Below the pieces are notes generated by a model, which searched no databases, was not told the origin of the DNA, and saw only the letters and a program-made list of their open reading frames with translations. A stretch of 34,669 nt of DNA. Origin: an uncultured Anaerolineales bacterium. Lineage in GTDB: Bacteria; Chloroflexota; Anaerolineae; Anaerolineales; VGOW01. The position numbers were made by a program, and so were the translations under genes. The DNA lies in contig CAYSIV010000003.1 in NCBI GenBank assembly GCA_964431175.1, positions 14,464 through 49,132 of the forward strand, in the 5' to 3' direction. Of the stretch, positions 1 through 9,128 are shown one piece after another (positions within the stretch are counted from its first letter, which is position 1; each line of letters begins with the position of its first letter).

Positions 1-2
1 AT

Positions 3-113
3 CTCTCGATTGCCGCGCTGGTGGCGGCCATCGCCGCCTCGGTCAACGTGTTGCGCTACCCGGGCGCGGCCTTCAACGGCATGCTGATGGTGGACGGGTT
101 CGCGGTCTTCTTC
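3..113 (+). other. Fragment resembling the N-terminal membrane part of NADH-quinone oxidoreductase subunit N, in frame with the next domain (probable chimeric junction)
   Basis: Frame from nt 3 reads LSIAALVAAIAASVNVLRYPGAAFNGMLMVDGFAVFFR. The hydrophobic helix and 'F.GML.VD.FA.FF' resemble NuoN and not a soluble dehydrogenase. Confidence 0.6.
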
Positions 114-455
114 CGCATTCTGGTGCTGGGTGTGGCTTACAAGAAAGACATCGACGACGTGCGCGAGTCGCCGGCGCTGGATGTGATCAAGCTTCTCGAA
201 GACCGCGGCGGGCGGGTGGACTATCACGATCCTTACATTCCAAAAATCTCACTTGAACACGCGGGCGGGCATGGCGAGAAAAAATCCGTGCCGCTGGCCG
301 AAACCACCGTTCGCGAGGCCGACTGCCTGGTTATCATCACCGACCATTCCACGTTTGACTACGCCGCCCTGGGCCGCCAGGCCCGGCTCATCGTAGACAC
401 GCGCAATGCCATGAGCCGGGCGGGCGTAAGCGGCGCGCGGGTGGTTGCATTGTGA
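114..455 (+). CDS. Nucleotide-sugar dehydrogenase (UDP-glucose/GDP-mannose DH family), C-terminal UDP-binding domain only (partial)
   Basis: RILVLGVAYKKDIDDVRESPALD...YHDPY...ADCLVIITDHSTFDY...IVDTRNA are typical C-terminal domain motifs. The N-terminal NAD-binding and catalytic domains are missing. Confidence 0.85.
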   Translation, partial: RILVLGVAYKKDIDDVRESPALDVIKLLEDRGGRVDYHDPYIPKISLEHAGGHGEKKSVPLAETTVREADCLVIITDHSTFDYAALGRQARLIVDTRNAMSRAGVSGARVVAL

Positions 456-618
456 CTTAGCTCTCAATAATCACGACATAAGCCGCGGTAGAGCACTCAT
501 GACATCGCTTGCATATTGTCGGATTTCACAGCGAATCCAGGCGTTTCTTGTGCATCGAGCAGTCAAACAGCGCACGATATCGTGAGCATTGAGGCCTAGG
601 CCCCAGGTTGGGGTTTGA

Positions 619-2601
619 ATGAATCTAGTAACAAAGAAGGCCTTGTGGGCAACAGCTCTAGGGGTCATTGTTGTCGCCGCCGGTGTGATCCGGCTCATCG
701 GCTTGTGGAATGGGCTGCCGCGTTACCTCCTTGGCCGCGACGAGACCGACTACTACCGCTGGACACAATATTTTCAGCAACACGGCACATTGGCCGGAAG
801 CGACGGTGAAGGCTATCCGCCAGCCTTGCTTGCCCTGCTCATCGGCGAGCAGAAGATCGTGAATCTGTTTCGGGGCGAGGCGGCCCAGGTCGGCGACCAC
901 TATCTTGCCGCCCGGCTCATCAACGTCATGTTTGCTTGCGGGGGCGTATTGCTGGGCGGGCTGATTGGGCAACGGCTTTCAGGTTCGTGGCTGGGCGGGT
1001 TCGTGGCGGCCGGTTATCTCGCCATTCAGCCCGAGTTCGTCGAAGAGAGTCGGCTTGCCACCGCCCAACCACCCTGGATCGTGTTTTCGTTGCTGAGCCT
1101 GTGGCTCTTACTCATCGCCCGCGAGCCACTGAACTATCGGCTCCTGATGGCGGCCTTCATCACCGGCGCGATCTCGATGCTGTTCAAATATCAAACCGCG
1201 CCGCTGCTGGTAATGCCGCTCCTCATCATGGCGCGGCATGGCTGCCGCGACATTCGCCGCACTGCCCCGCCATTTGCAGTCATCACGATTTTTCTGGCGG
1301 CGCTGCTAACGTGGTTGTATTTTGGTTATCAGGCAACGGAGATCGTCAACACACCCGGTAGCGCCACGGTTGCAATCGTTGGCCGCACTTCGCTGGAATT
1401 GATGTCATTCGGCAACAGCTGGCATCGGCTATTACAGGAAATGGGTGGCGCCCCGTATGCGGTCGTGCTGGGTGTCGGCAGCATCGCCTCGATTGCGCTG
1501 TGGCGAATGAAGTCGCCTCACATGAAATTCGACTGGGAAGGGTTGGGCTGGTTAGCGATCTTCATCTTCGGCTTTTACCTCCTCATGTCTTTTTTCTGGG
1601 ATGTGGCGATGTCGAAGTGGCTGCCGGTGCTCAACATTCTCGGCATCCTCTGGGCGGTTGCGGTGGCCGCCATTGCCTATGCGGCTCTGGCCCTCGGTGA
1701 ACGCTTGCTTAAAGCCGAGGCGCCTCGCTGGATAACTTACATTGCGCCGATAGGCATCGCCGCCGCTATCGCCGCCTATTTTGCCTGGCCCATGGCTGAT
1801 CGTGACCTGGTCTCGATTCAGGATCATATCAGACCCAACCCGATGACGATCAGCATGGATTGGTTCTACGCCAATCTACCACAGGGCGCGCGCATCATGG
1901 CCGAAGGAAACTTGAGGTATCTCTTCTACGTCGGGAGCGGCTTCAGTCGACCCCCTCAATTTCACGCCAGTGCGGCCTCGTTGTACTCCGAACCGATCAG
2001 CGCCTTTCAGGACCAAGGGTACGAATACCTCGTCGCCGATTCGTCGGTCGAGGGATACTTTGCCGATCCGAACAACGCCGAATTCTTGAACACCGCCGAG
2101 CCGGTGCTGACTCTGACTGGCAGCGATTACGCCAACCCGAATCTGATCGTCTTCCGTATTCCGCCCAAGCAACAATTCGTGCGCTATCTGTGGTTTGGCA
2201 GTACACACGAAATCTCTTTCCGTGGATTTGATTTGTCTAGCGCGACCTTGAAGCCGGGCGCGACCCTCGACCTTGCGCTGTATTGGATGTCGGTGAAGCC
2301 GACCACAGCCAACAACATTGTATTCATTCATCTCTGGAACGAGGCGACGAACATCCTGGCGGCCTCACAGGACAATCCGCCTAACCACGGCAACAGCCCG
2401 ACATGGCAATGGGTCGGCGACATGCAGTTCTTTATTGACGGATACCAGATCCGGATTTCTGACGAGGCGCCGCCCGGCGAATACTCCCTGCGCATCGGCA
2501 TGTACGACGCCGACACGCGACAGAGGCTTCCCATTGCTGAAGTCGATGGCACAGGGGTTGGCAACTACGTTGAGTTGGCTAGGGTTACAATCCAAAAATG
2601 A
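619..2601 (+). CDS. GT-C fold membrane glycosyltransferase (PMT/ArnT-like) with one C-terminal extracytoplasmic beta-sandwich domain
   Basis: TM1 is followed by an acidic loop (GRDETDYY), then many TM helices and LFKYQ. The soluble C-terminus has LYW...VFIHLW...PTWQW...PPGEYSLRIGMYD. Confidence 0.75.
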   Translation: MNLVTKKALWATALGVIVVAAGVIRLIGLWNGLPRYLLGRDETDYYRWTQYFQQHGTLAGSDGEGYPPALLALLIGEQKIVNLFRGEAAQVGDHYLAARLINVMFACGGVLLGGLIGQRLSGSWLGGFVAAGYLAIQPEFVEESRLATAQPPWIVFSLLSLWLLLIAREPLNYRLLMAAFITGAISMLFKYQTAPLLVMPLLIMARHGCRDIRRTAPPFAVITIFLAALLTWLYFGYQATEIVNTPGSATVAIVGRTSLELMSFGNSWHRLLQEMGGAPYAVVLGVGSIASIALWRMKSPHMKFDWEGLGWLAIFIFGFYLLMSFFWDVAMSKWLPVLNILGILWAVAVAAIAYAALALGERLLKAEAPRWITYIAPIGIAAAIAAYFAWPMADRDLVSIQDHIRPNPMTISMDWFYANLPQGARIMAEGNLRYLFYVGSGFSRPPQFHASAASLYSEPISAFQDQGYEYLVADSSVEGYFADPNNAEFLNTAEPVLTLTGSDYANPNLIVFRIPPKQQFVRYLWFGSTHEISFRGFDLSSATLKPGATLDLALYWMSVKPTTANNIVFIHLWNEATNILAASQDNPPNHGNSPTWQWVGDMQFFIDGYQIRISDEAPPGEYSLRIGMYDADTRQRLPIAEVDGTGVGNYVELARVTIQK

Positions 2602-5288
2602 CTCGCTCCCTGAAACGATATGAGGTCGTCGTCCTCATCCTGATTCTGGCAACGTATTTGCGGCTGGCAAATCTCGGCGCCGAGCAGTTTCATGGCGACG
2701 AAAACTTCATCAGCCTCCGAGCAATTCATGTGGCCCAGTACGGCCAAATCGAGTGGCTGGGGCCGCCGATGTCAGTCGGGCTGTGGCACTCGCCCCTCTC
2801 AAACTATCTCTACGCCATTCCATTCAAGATCGCCCCGGACACCCGCCTTGGGCGTGTGTTCACGGCGATGATGAACCTGATCGCCGTAGCCCTTACTTAT
2901 GGGCTTGGTGCGCGCTACTTTGGCCGCCGGGCCGGCCTCATCGCCGCACTGCTGTACGCCGTCCACCCGGAAGCGGTGAATGCAAGCCGGATCATCAACA
3001 ATGCCCAGATAGGCGCGCCGTTCGTCATGCTGTACCTGTTGACTGGACTGTTAGGCTATTACGATGACAAACGCCTCGCTCGTCTCGCTCACCTTCCCGC
3101 ACTCAGCCTCGCCGGGCAATGTCATCCTTATTCATTTGCCTTGGCGCCGATTTCCCTCATCCTGATCGTCAGCGCCTGGTGGCGGCGCCCTAACCAGCGG
3201 CGGTCGATTCTTATCCACACGGTCGTGAGCGGACTAATTGCCGGAGCGTTCATGCTGCCGTGGATGATCGGCACCTATCAATATCGCGGCCCGGACATTT
3301 TCCGCGTCGCCGAAGGGATTAGTTTCCGCGGAAACGGGGGGCCGCAATATACGTTTGAAGTTGTATATAACCTGGTCGGTGGGCCGGAGGGAATTTTGCG
3401 GGTTGTAAACGCAAGCCTGACGGCCATTGGAATGACCTGGCTGATGATTCAAACTGTTCGCCGCCAAGCACAGGGACTGATTGGATCGCTGTTGCTGTTG
3501 GCGCTCGTAGCAATCCCGATCGCGACGATGCGGTTGAACCTGTTCATCATCGCCGATTATCTGTGGCCGGTCCTGCCGCTCGCGTTTATCTTTCAGGGCG
3601 CAGTCATCGGAGCGTTCCTGCCGCGAAACGCCCCAGCCGATCAAAACGCGCAAACCCGGCAAGGTTTTTTGACAAACCGTTACTGGCAGTGGGGCCTCAC
3701 TGGTTTTGCCGTAGTGCTCGCCGCATTGAATACAGGCTACATACTCACCCTTGACCGCGACGTGTTCGGCCAATCGCTCGATGCGCAATATGCTGTGCTG
3801 AATCAAGCCTCCGTGCTGGCTAAACATGGCAACAGAGAAGTTCTGGCGATCACGCCAGGTTACCAGGGCATCTCGATGCGATGGGAGGTTTTGCGTGAAA
3901 TCTACGCGCTCACAGAAGGCCGGCAAATCTTCGTCGTCTCCGATGGGGGGGCAATGCCCCTGCCCGACGCGGGCGCGGTGCTTGTCGGCCCGGCGGATTA
4001 CAATGGCCGCCTCTTCTTCTCCGGGGGAACCGTCACCGATGGATTTCGCCTCGTCGATCTCCCCCCCGCTGATCAATTCAAGCCCGACCTCCTGCCGCCC
4101 GCATCCCTACACTTCTCCAACCGCGCAACCGTATTTGGCTTTCTGCGCCAGACCGCAGACTCAATGCCCACCGCAGGTCAAACGTGGATAGTCTATCTGA
4201 TCTGGCGCATTGACGAAGCCAGTGGCGATGAGCATACCCTGTTCGTTCACCTTATTGACGACGCTGGAAACAAATACGCTCAACTCGATCTGGCCGGGCT
4301 CGCCGTAGGGCAACAACGCGACAGCGAATATGTGCTGAGCCAATTCAACTTGCCGGTCGCCGATAGCTTGCCTGCCGAAGGCCCGCTCTATCTCCGCTTT
4401 GGGATGTATAACGCAACCGGCCAGGCTGAAGTGCTGGATGAATCAGGCAACAGCATCGGCGACTATGGCTTGATCCAGATACGCGGCCAGAGCCAACCGG
4501 CGGCCTCATGGCCGAACGGCCTCAGCCTCGACCGCCTCACGGTCAACAGCCCGCTTGTTCAAGGTCCGCCACTCGACGTGACAGCCACCTGGCATCTTAC
4601 ACAGTTACTCAATACCGAAATTCAGGTGCAGTGGCAGCTAGTTGATTCCGGTGGGGATGTTGTGTTTAATCAGACAACCGACCTTACCCACAACATCTCC
4701 TCAACAGCATTGCCGGCAAACACGTTTGCCACTGAATATTACAACCTCCGTATCCCCACCGATATCAAACCCGGCCCCTACAGTCTCAAAGTGCAGTTGA
4801 CCGACTCGAACAACCGGTCACTCGGCGAGCCTTACCACACTCAGATCGAGGTGACGGCTCGCGAACGACGATTCGAGCTGCCGCCCATGATGTACCCGGT
4901 CGGCGCGGCCTTCAGCGATCAAATCTCATTGCCAGGCTATGATCTGATGCAAAACGGAGGGGAATTGCAAATCACGCTTCACTGGCAGGCGCATGGGCAG
5001 ATTCGGCAGGACTACAAATATTTCGTTCACGTCTGGCAAAACGGGCAGGTGGTGGCGCAAGCCGATGCCATGCCTGGCAGTTATCAATACCCCACCTCGT
5101 GGTGGGCGCCGAACGAGGTTTATAGCGAAACGGTCAGCCTCGACCTCAGCCCATTTGGCCCAGGCACGTACACCCTCACCACCGGGTTCTACGATCCAGC
5201 CAACGGCGAACGCCTGCCAGTGAAATTATCAAATGGCAACGATGCCATTGAGGATTGGGCAATACTTCAGAACATTGAACTCAAATAG
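2598..5288 (+). CDS. GT-C fold membrane glycosyltransferase (PMT/ArnT-like) with three C-terminal beta-sandwich repeats
   Basis: LRLANLGAEQFHGDE loop motif and FGRRAGLIAALLYAVHP; three related ~120-aa C-terminal repeats; ATGA overlap with the upstream gene. Confidence 0.8.
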   Translation: MTRSLKRYEVVVLILILATYLRLANLGAEQFHGDENFISLRAIHVAQYGQIEWLGPPMSVGLWHSPLSNYLYAIPFKIAPDTRLGRVFTAMMNLIAVALTYGLGARYFGRRAGLIAALLYAVHPEAVNASRIINNAQIGAPFVMLYLLTGLLGYYDDKRLARLAHLPALSLAGQCHPYSFALAPISLILIVSAWWRRPNQRRSILIHTVVSGLIAGAFMLPWMIGTYQYRGPDIFRVAEGISFRGNGGPQYTFEVVYNLVGGPEGILRVVNASLTAIGMTWLMIQTVRRQAQGLIGSLLLLALVAIPIATMRLNLFIIADYLWPVLPLAFIFQGAVIGAFLPRNAPADQNAQTRQGFLTNRYWQWGLTGFAVVLAALNTGYILTLDRDVFGQSLDAQYAVLNQASVLAKHGNREVLAITPGYQGISMRWEVLREIYALTEGRQIFVVSDGGAMPLPDAGAVLVGPADYNGRLFFSGGTVTDGFRLVDLPPADQFKPDLLPPASLHFSNRATVFGFLRQTADSMPTAGQTWIVYLIWRIDEASGDEHTLFVHLIDDAGNKYAQLDLAGLAVGQQRDSEYVLSQFNLPVADSLPAEGPLYLRFGMYNATGQAEVLDESGNSIGDYGLIQIRGQSQPAASWPNGLSLDRLTVNSPLVQGPPLDVTATWHLTQLLNTEIQVQWQLVDSGGDVVFNQTTDLTHNISSTALPANTFATEYYNLRIPTDIKPGPYSLKVQLTDSNNRSLGEPYHTQIEVTARERRFELPPMMYPVGAAFSDQISLPGYDLMQNGGELQITLHWQAHGQIRQDYKYFVHVWQNGQVVAQADAMPGSYQYPTSWWAPNEVYSETVSLDLSPFGPGTYTLTTGFYDPANGERLPVKLSNGNDAIEDWAILQNIELK

Positions 5289-5394
5289 TATGCCTCGTGG
5301 CATAAGCAGTGATCTCTTTGAAGACCGAGTGTATCCGACAACGGCTTCTTTCCAAGTGTCCGACGAACTCTGGGCAGTGCTTCCCAACATGTGA

Positions 5395-6549
5395 ATGCCC
5401 ATGAAGGTTTGCGTTGTCTCCGGTACCTTTCACCCCGAGCCGGGCGGGCCGCCGACGTTTCTTTATCACCTTCTGCCTGAACTTGTCCGGCGCGGCCACC
5501 CGGTCGAAGTGATCACCTACGGTGAAACCGGATCACCAGCCGACTACGGTTACCCCGTCACCCGCGTCTCACGCCGCCATCCCATCCCGCTCCGCCTGCT
5601 AAACTTCGCTCTCGCCGTTTTACGCGCGGGTCGCCGGGCCGATGTTTTCTTTGTCAGCGATTATGGCTTGCCGGTCGCCTTCGTCAACCTTGTTTTGCGT
5701 AAACCGATGGTGCTGAAGAACGTGGGCGACTTCGCCTGGGAGTTTTCGACGCGGCATGGCTGGATACTCGCCGGGCAGACAATTGACGAGTTTCAAACAG
5801 GGCCACACTCCTGGCGAGTCAATTTCTTGCGAGCTGTGCAAAAGTGGTACACCCGCGCCGCCGCTCGCATTATCGCTCCCAGCTATTATTCGGCGCGGTT
5901 GGTGGAAGGGTGGGGAATTGACCCGACCCGGGTGCAAGTTATCTACAACGCGCTCGATCCAGTAGTTGAGTCGCCGGCTCGGGAGGCGATCAGGCACACC
6001 CTTGGAGTCACCGGCCAGTTTTTGGTGACGGTTGCCCGGCTTGTTCCGTGGAAAGGCGTAGCTGGAATCATCCGGGCGCTGGCCGCCGTGCGGAGCGAGT
6101 TTCCGGCAGTCCGGCTGATCGTCGTCGGCGACGGGCCGCAGAGGGCGGCGCTGGAAGCACAGGCCGCGTTTTTCGGCGAGGCAGTATTGCTCGTCGGCGC
6201 ACAGCCGCCGGAGCGGGTGCGGCAGTATTTGCATGCCGCCGATGTGTTTGTGTTGTTTTCGACGTATGAGGGATTGCCTCACGCCGTGCTTGAGGCAATG
6301 CAGGCCGGAACGCCGGTTGTCGTTTCCGACGCCGGGGGCAACGTCGAAGTGGTGGCAGACGGGGAGACGGGATGGGTGGTGCCGAAAGGCGACGAACAGG
6401 CGTTGTCGGCGGCGATCATCGAAGTGTTGAGTAATCCACAACTGGCGGCGGCGCGGGCCGCGGCGGCAACCGTCCGCCTGAATCGTTTCTCGTGGTTGCG
6501 GCTGGTGGACGAATACGAAGCAGTGTTGAAAGCAGTAGCCGAACAATGA
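5395..6549 (+). CDS. Glycosyltransferase family 4 (start may be ATG 5401)
   Basis: PEPGGP, VARLVPWKG, GDGPQR, and EGLPHAVLE (EX7E motif). Confidence 0.9.
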   Translation: MPMKVCVVSGTFHPEPGGPPTFLYHLLPELVRRGHPVEVITYGETGSPADYGYPVTRVSRRHPIPLRLLNFALAVLRAGRRADVFFVSDYGLPVAFVNLVLRKPMVLKNVGDFAWEFSTRHGWILAGQTIDEFQTGPHSWRVNFLRAVQKWYTRAAARIIAPSYYSARLVEGWGIDPTRVQVIYNALDPVVESPAREAIRHTLGVTGQFLVTVARLVPWKGVAGIIRALAAVRSEFPAVRLIVVGDGPQRAALEAQAAFFGEAVLLVGAQPPERVRQYLHAADVFVLFSTYEGLPHAVLEAMQAGTPVVVSDAGGNVEVVADGETGWVVPKGDEQALSAAIIEVLSNPQLAAARAAAATVRLNRFSWLRLVDEYEAVLKAVAEQ

Positions 6550-7739
6550 CATTTGAAGTACTGCTGATCGGCTTCGGCGATGAGGTGCTGGGCGCGGCCA
6601 CCGAAGATGCGCGGGCGCGGCACTTGCGCTACGCCGATGGCGTGGATCATTTACACATGATCGTCTGGGGACAGCAGGGCGGTTCTACCGAGCCAGTGCG
6701 GCTTTCACCCAAGTTGACCGTGTATCCAGTGGGGCGGGGCAACCGGCTGGCTTACATGCGCGAGGCTTTGCGCGCGGGCGAAGCGATCCTTCGCAGAAAC
6801 CCGATCAATGTGATCTCGACGCAAGACCCGTTCTACACGGCGGCTATCGGCCTGCGCCTGCGCCGACCAGGCCGCCAGGCACAGCGAGTGCAAGTTCAAA
6901 ACCACAGTGACTTCTTCGATAACGCCCTGTGGCTGGCCGAACGTCCATTGTGGAATAGCCTGCTCAACACTTTCGGCAAATGGGCGGTGCGCCGCGCCGA
7001 CCGCTTGCGAGTGGTGAACACGGCTGAGCGGCAAAAATACTTGGCGCTAGGCGTGCCTGCCGAGCGTGTAGATGTTCTGCCTGTGCCGATTGATCTCGCC
7101 GCGTTTGAACAACCTGTGGCCGAAGCACGGCTGGCCGCCCTGCGCGAACGCTGGCAGCTTGAGCCTGGCGCGCCTGTGCTATTCTGGGTGGGGCGGCCTG
7201 TGCCGTTCAAAGATTTGGGCACACTGCTCCGGGCGGCAGCAATCATTCATCGTGAACAGCCTGGAGCGCGGTTTATTTTCGCCGGAGATTTTTCTTGCGC
7301 GCCGCAGTGGCCGAAGCTGGCGGCGGAATTGGGTCTGGCTGAAGCGGTTCGTTTTGTCGGCCCTGTTGGGCGCGATGAACTGCCTGACTATTTCGCGCTG
7401 TGCTCGGTGTACCTTCACTCTTCGATGTACGAAGGCTTTGGGCGGGTGATGGTGGAAGCGGCGGTGGCGGGCCGGGCTATTGTGGCAACGCGCACTGCCG
7501 GAGCAATGGACATTGTTCGAGATGGCGAGACTGGCTTGCTCTGCCCGCCGCGTGACCCTGACTCGTTTGCCTCAGCCGCCGTGGAATTATTGGCCGACCC
7601 GGCCCGCGCCCGCCGGATAGGCGCGGCGGCGCGGGTGTGGGTGGAGACGCAGTTCGACCCGGAGCAGTTGAGCCAGCGGATTGTGGCCGCCTGGCGGAAG
7701 TGCGCCGGGGCAATGAATAATGAACTCTATTCAAAATAA
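6546..7739 (+). CDS. Glycosyltransferase family 4
   Basis: Start reassigned to ATG 6546 (ATGA overlap). VGRPVPFKD, EGFGRVMVE (EX7E), DGETGLL. Confidence 0.88.
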   Translation: MTFEVLLIGFGDEVLGAATEDARARHLRYADGVDHLHMIVWGQQGGSTEPVRLSPKLTVYPVGRGNRLAYMREALRAGEAILRRNPINVISTQDPFYTAAIGLRLRRPGRQAQRVQVQNHSDFFDNALWLAERPLWNSLLNTFGKWAVRRADRLRVVNTAERQKYLALGVPAERVDVLPVPIDLAAFEQPVAEARLAALRERWQLEPGAPVLFWVGRPVPFKDLGTLLRAAAIIHREQPGARFIFAGDFSCAPQWPKLAAELGLAEAVRFVGPVGRDELPDYFALCSVYLHSSMYEGFGRVMVEAAVAGRAIVATRTAGAMDIVRDGETGLLCPPRDPDSFASAAVELLADPARARRIGAAARVWVETQFDPEQLSQRIVAAWRKCAGAMNNELYSK

Positions 7740-7828
7740 GCCAGTGCGCGCTTCGACAGGCTCAGCGCGCGGCCTGAGCCTGTCGTGCGCGGCCTGAGCC
7801 TGTCGAAGGCTGCTATTTCCGATAGAGT
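7724..7828. repeat. MITE/REP-like element: imperfect terminal inverted repeats enclosing inverted CTGAGCCTGTCGAAG palindromic units
   Basis: Left end ACTCTATTCAAAATA versus right-end reverse complement ACTCTATCGGAAATA. Internal CTTCGACAGGCTCAG (7751-7765) is inverted to CTGAGCCTGTCGAAG (7794-7808). There is a 19-bp duplication at 7767-7785/7787-7805, and AATGAAY heptamers flank the element. Confidence 0.7.
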
Positions 7829-7894
7829 CTAATGAACAATGAGATAATGAACAAGGTATGCCTGAGAGACTCTTCCCCTCTTGTTTAGCCATCA

Positions 7895-8947
7895 ATGCAT
7901 TTGCTGTTTATCACTCAGAAAGTTGATCGCGCCGATTGGTTGCTGGGCTTTACGCACGGCTGGTTGCAAGCTTTGGCGGCGCGCGTTGAGCGGTTGACAG
8001 TGATTTGCCTGGCTCAGGGTGAAACTGACTTGCCGCTGAACGTGAAGGTGATTTCGCTCGGCAAGGAACGTGGCGTGAGCCGGGTTGGGCGGGCGATCGG
8101 ATTTGCCCGGATGCTGGCGGCCAGTCTCGGAGAAGCCGACGGTGTGCTCGCGCATATGAGCCCGGTTTTTGCTATTGCCGCCGCGCCGTTTGCCAGAAAA
8201 CGCCGCTTGCCGTTGGTGTTGTGGTACACACACCGCAACGTGGATTTCAAATTGCGGCTGGCGACGGCGCTGTGCGATGCAGTCGTCACGGCTTCGCCAG
8301 AGAGTTTTCAGTTGCCCACGCCCAAATTGCATGTGCTGGGACATGGGATTGACCCGGAGCAGTTCTCCCCTCACCCCCAACCCCTCTCCCAAAAAGAGAG
8401 GGGAGAGCCGCCGTTGATTCTGGCTGTTGGCCGCCTCTCACCCATCAAACGCTATGAGTTGCTCATTGAGGCAGTGAAACGACTGCGGATGCGCGGTATG
8501 AACGTGCGCTGTGTAATTGCGGGCGGTGACCCGCCGGGTGATCGAACCTACGGGGATTCGTTGCGGGCGATGGGGGCTGGCGTTGTCGAATTTTTGGGTA
8601 GTGTGCCGCATACACAGATCGCCGCGTGGTATCATCAGTGTTCTGTTGCCGTCAACTTATGCCCCACGGGCGGGCTAGACAAGGTTGTGTTGGAAGCTAT
8701 GTTCTGTGGCTGCCCGGTCGTCGTGACCAATCGCAGTTTTGCGCCATTGCTGGGCGAGGAGGGAGGCCTGTGGCTTGTAGCCGAGGATGCCGGCTCGCTT
8801 GCGGACGTGCTCGCCTCAATTTTGGCAAACAGCCAACAGGCCCAAACGGAGCGAGTCAGAGAGCGAGCCCTGGCCGAACACCGTTTGGAAGGCTTGATTG
8901 AAAGATTGTTGACTGTATTCGGCGACTCCATGGCGAAGAAGAAATAA
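7895..8947 (+). CDS. Glycosyltransferase family 4
   Basis: HLLFITQKVD, LWYTH, GHGID, VGRLSPIKRYE, GGLDKVVLEAM. Confidence 0.88.
   Translation: MHLLFITQKVDRADWLLGFTHGWLQALAARVERLTVICLAQGETDLPLNVKVISLGKERGVSRVGRAIGFARMLAASLGEADGVLAHMSPVFAIAAAPFARKRRLPLVLWYTHRNVDFKLRLATALCDAVVTASPESFQLPTPKLHVLGHGIDPEQFSPHPQPLSQKERGEPPLILAVGRLSPIKRYELLIEAVKRLRMRGMNVRCVIAGGDPPGDRTYGDSLRAMGAGVVEFLGSVPHTQIAAWYHQCSVAVNLCPTGGLDKVVLEAMFCGCPVVVTNRSFAPLLGEEGGLWLVAEDAGSLADVLASILANSQQAQTERVRERALAEHRLEGLIERLLTVFGDSMAKKK
8365..8407. repeat. CCCTCACCCC...CTCTCCC..GAGAGGG palindromic repeat in frame inside GT4
   Basis: CTCCCCTCACCCCCAACCCCTCTCCCAAAAAGAGAGGGGAGAG forms a hairpin and encodes SPHPQPLSQKERGE in the inter-domain linker. 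Confidence 0.7.
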
Positions 8948-8953
8948 ACCATT

Positions 8954-9073
8954 GTGTTGACAGTATGTCACTTCGGCGGGTATCGGCTTGACGATCCGCG
9001 CAATTTGTTCTACTGGCGGCTCTTGCGCCAATTAGGGGTGGAAGCGATCGAATGTCGCGTGTCGCCTGATTGA
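8954..9073 (+). pseudogene. Truncated N-terminal remnant of a GT4 glycosyltransferase
   Basis: GTG-started 39-codon frame VLTVCHFGGYRLDDPRNLFYWRLLRQLGVEAIECRVSPD* resembles the GT4 N-terminal pattern 'VCYFG.Y...Y.RN......LR..GVEVIEC'. It is below the ORF-track length cut-off. Confidence 0.6.
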
Positions 9074-9128
9074 AAAAGCCCGGGTGACAGCGCAACGGCG
9101 CTGACGACGTTTCTCAAAAACAACTTCT

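Noticed and set aside
7746-7810. Repeats as a CRISPR array
   Set aside because: Only 2-3 short units, partly inverted, with no unique spacers and no cas genes.
8958-8970. TGACA-GTA-TGTCA palindrome overlapping TTGACA as an operator/promoter
   Set aside because: No good -10 box lies at the proper spacing, and the site is within the GT4 remnant, so it is probably chance.
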